Source of the DNA: Phoronis australis
Taxonomy: Eukaryota; Animalia; Phoronida
DNA: 64,000 nucleotides
NCBI GenBank assembly: GCA_002633005.1
Contig: NMRA01000077.1
Coordinates: forward strand, 372,001-436,000
Direction of reading: 5' to 3'
Shown piece by piece: positions 61,380 to 64,000 of this stretch; position 1 is the first letter of the stretch, and each line of letters begins with the position of its first letter. The position numbers were made by a program, and so were the translations under genes. Under the pieces are notes generated by a model. The model did no database searches, was not told the DNA's origin, and saw only the letters and a program-made list of their open reading frames with translations.

Positions 61380-64000
61380 CAAATGTGAATATTACGAATG
61401 CTTTATTGCAACAAATATTCACAATGGTCAGACGTGAAAGAATGAGACCTAGTAAAATTCAAAGCAGCTCACATGGCAAAACTGTCAATTTTTTAGGAAT
61501 TGTGCGGCTATACTACCAATAGTTTCATGAACAATGTGAAAATGGTGGTAAATGAAGTTTTATCATTTCAGTGCTACAGCTCCAGAAGGCATACCTGGGG
61601 TACCTTTGAACATATACTCCTCAAAATTCAAAATAGAACAATTAAGACAGAAAAAGTTTGGAATACACATTCGATAGCTCAAGATGCCACTTGCTGTACT
61701 CGTCTTTGTAATAACTGTAGCCAGGCAGATCTTTCAAATCACTCATAAAATAGTTTATGTTTGGCTGCTCTGTTAGTAAGAGTAACATTATCTTCAAGTT
61801 AGAAATCACTAAGTCTTGACCACAAATGCCGATGCATTCACTTTTATTTACAAAACAATACAACAATGTAACTTAGGATGTTTTAAGCAATTTTGGCAAT
61901 TAACATCAACACAATCACAACAGAAACAATGGAAGACTATAGAACCTGCTACAATATGGCTGCTTAGATTCAAACATAAATTCCTGAAGCATAGATTTTA
62001 CTGAATGACAGTTACAAAGAAAATAATACAGAACGGTGTAACTTGATTCCCGGAGCCAACTCCACCAAAATTCATCAGTGACTCGACTAAAAAAACTCAA
62101 TTGCAAGGGATGCTTTCAATAAACATTCAGGATTTTACTTGAGGAAGATTTGTGAATTTTCGAGTCTGTAATTAGTGACCATATTCCATGGTGCGTGACA
62201 CTTGTGATTCACTTGGGAATGGAAACCGAGAATTCCAGCTACGCAAAGCAATCACCTCAATGGTAGCCATTTTTCTAGTGTATGTAACGCACAGAGCTTT
62301 CTTACAAAATACTGTCCGTTCACTCATAGTTTTGCGTGTCCTTGCCAAATGCGCAAGAAACTTGCTTTACGAAGCAAATAACATCACAAAACAGACCGGC
62401 TCAGTTAGTTCAGTACACATGCCCAGACACTAGATCTAGTTGTGTTATACATGTGCCTACCAAATATAATGGACTTGAAAATTCCTGTAACTATTAGTTG
62501 ATGGCAAAGAGCTTCATATGTCCAGAAACTACAGTACAATCTCACCAATTTTGGACAAAAATAAGTGACAAATTGGCATTTTTCAACAAACATTGAATCA
62601 GATGGTAGCTTATAATTTAGAACTACAACAATAAAGAAATTATTGAATGCTAATTATAACTTGTCCACCATAGCCTGTCTTAAATTGGGGAGACTACTGT
62701 ATGACCATTGAAACACTGAAAGCTGGAAGCTAATGACATCCCGACCAAACACCTTATTACCGAAACAATGACTGGATAGCATGTAGCACTAGTTATTAAA
62801 TACACAATTGAGTTGATAAACAATGGAACTTAACCACAGTATACAGCCTCAATTTGTTACGTTACAGAGAAAATTCTTTCTTCAACTTGGAAAGAAATCA
62901 AGTACATTGTTGTAAGAAAAAACTCGGGCTACAGACATGCATATCGGCAAATCGAAAATATGAGGGTTCAGTGTGTAATGACTTGGGTTTTACCTAAGGT
63001 TGGCGGTATTTACTCATTTTCTACTCCACCACCAGGGGGTGACATACAACATACCAACAACAACAGATACTACCAGCAGGACAAACACTATGATAGTCCT
63101 CTTGCTATTTAAGGCTAACGATTACATCAAAATTGATTACAGTTTGCAAGTTTGCTCAAAATCTAGTTCGCTAAAGAACCATATTGTAAGTGAAACTGAA
63201 ACCACTCGTAACTATTAGATCTTAAACATTCAAGTATTAGCACAAACACAAAAACAGACGCATGAAAATGTTTATCTCTTACTGACATAAAAAAGGCAGA
63301 CGACAACTAATTATCAATGGGAGATAACTAACACGTTCCACGCAAGAGAACTATCTTAGAGTTTGTGAACACAGTAGCATGAACCTCCAACATTAAGAAT
63401 CATTAGAGCCACACACAGTACCCCTTTGAAGGCAAAAAATTCAGCTTCACCGGCAGCAATTCTTGAACTCCACTCCATTCATAGAGTAATTGTGTAAAGT
63501 AGGAGAAATGCCAATTTGGGGGAATTTCATCTACTTCAAATCTAACCCAATTAGCAGCATTTCTCAAGTGCATTTTAAAGCCTAACTTCAATCATGGAAT
63601 TTTGTTATTTTAGATGTATTGTTCTAACCAGATAGTCCTAGCAAAGCCTTATTGAGTTCAATCATGCAATTGTAAGTCCGTCAAATGATAAGTGAAGCTG
63701 CCTTTTCTTGCCATGTTGCGTCACCACGAGATCCCAGCACAAACAACAAAAGGTTGTATTGAATAGGGGTCTGAATAGAACACTATTGCGTGCGGGTGTT
63801 ATTCACAGCTGTTTGAATTTAAAGGTGAATCTCGCAGTGACGTAGACAAAAGCAAGCCAATACACCTAACAGTTCGTTACATTTGGCAATTTATGGCACT
63901 AGTGGGCTCAGAGCGATGCTCTTAACATACTGTAGGAACCAAATTATAGTTGTTACCATTGAAGATAGGCTTGAAGACATTGTTGGCTCGTAAACATCAG
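61380..64000 (-). other. Probable 3' UTR of a convergent minus-strand gene
   Basis: TTTATT at 61402-61407 (AATAAA on the minus strand); composition switches from T-rich to A/C-rich on +; no credible coding exon. Confidence 0.35.

Noticed and set aside
62060-62095. Minus-strand TCGAGTCACTGATGA, a possible hammerhead start
   Set aside because: No stem II plus GAAA core follows.

Overview
This is AT-rich eukaryotic DNA, probably from a marine invertebrate (inferred from the repeat types and the protein architecture). About 59 kb of the window is the 3' part of one very large + strand gene. I assembled it by hand into 58 GT-AG exons (59 if the duplicated exon at 370-459 is real) with consistent phases, giving about 3,060 aa, stop at 59356-59358 and no start codon in the window. 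The first half alternates Pro/Thr/Ser-rich mucin-like linkers with seven divergent two-exon beta-rich domains bracketed by Cys, which resemble degenerate discoidin/F5-8 type C domains; one multi-exon module is internally duplicated. The second half is a SCO-spondin-like array of about 11 TSP1, about 5 TIL and several short VWC-like modules, ending in a C-terminal cystine knot. Introns carry a near-complete Helentron-associated non-autonomous element with a higher-order ~150/450-bp repeat bearing CTCF-like motifs, fragments of Penelope, L1/Tx1 and probably DIRS elements, a tRNA-derived SINE, many minisatellites (one multiplies an in-frame splice donor 13 times) and decayed pseudo-exons. Two duplications end exactly at single-N assembly joins and may be artefacts. 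The last ~2.6 kb looks like the 3' UTR of a convergent gene. Exon coordinates were read at splice sites; repeat boundaries are approximate; no database search was run.
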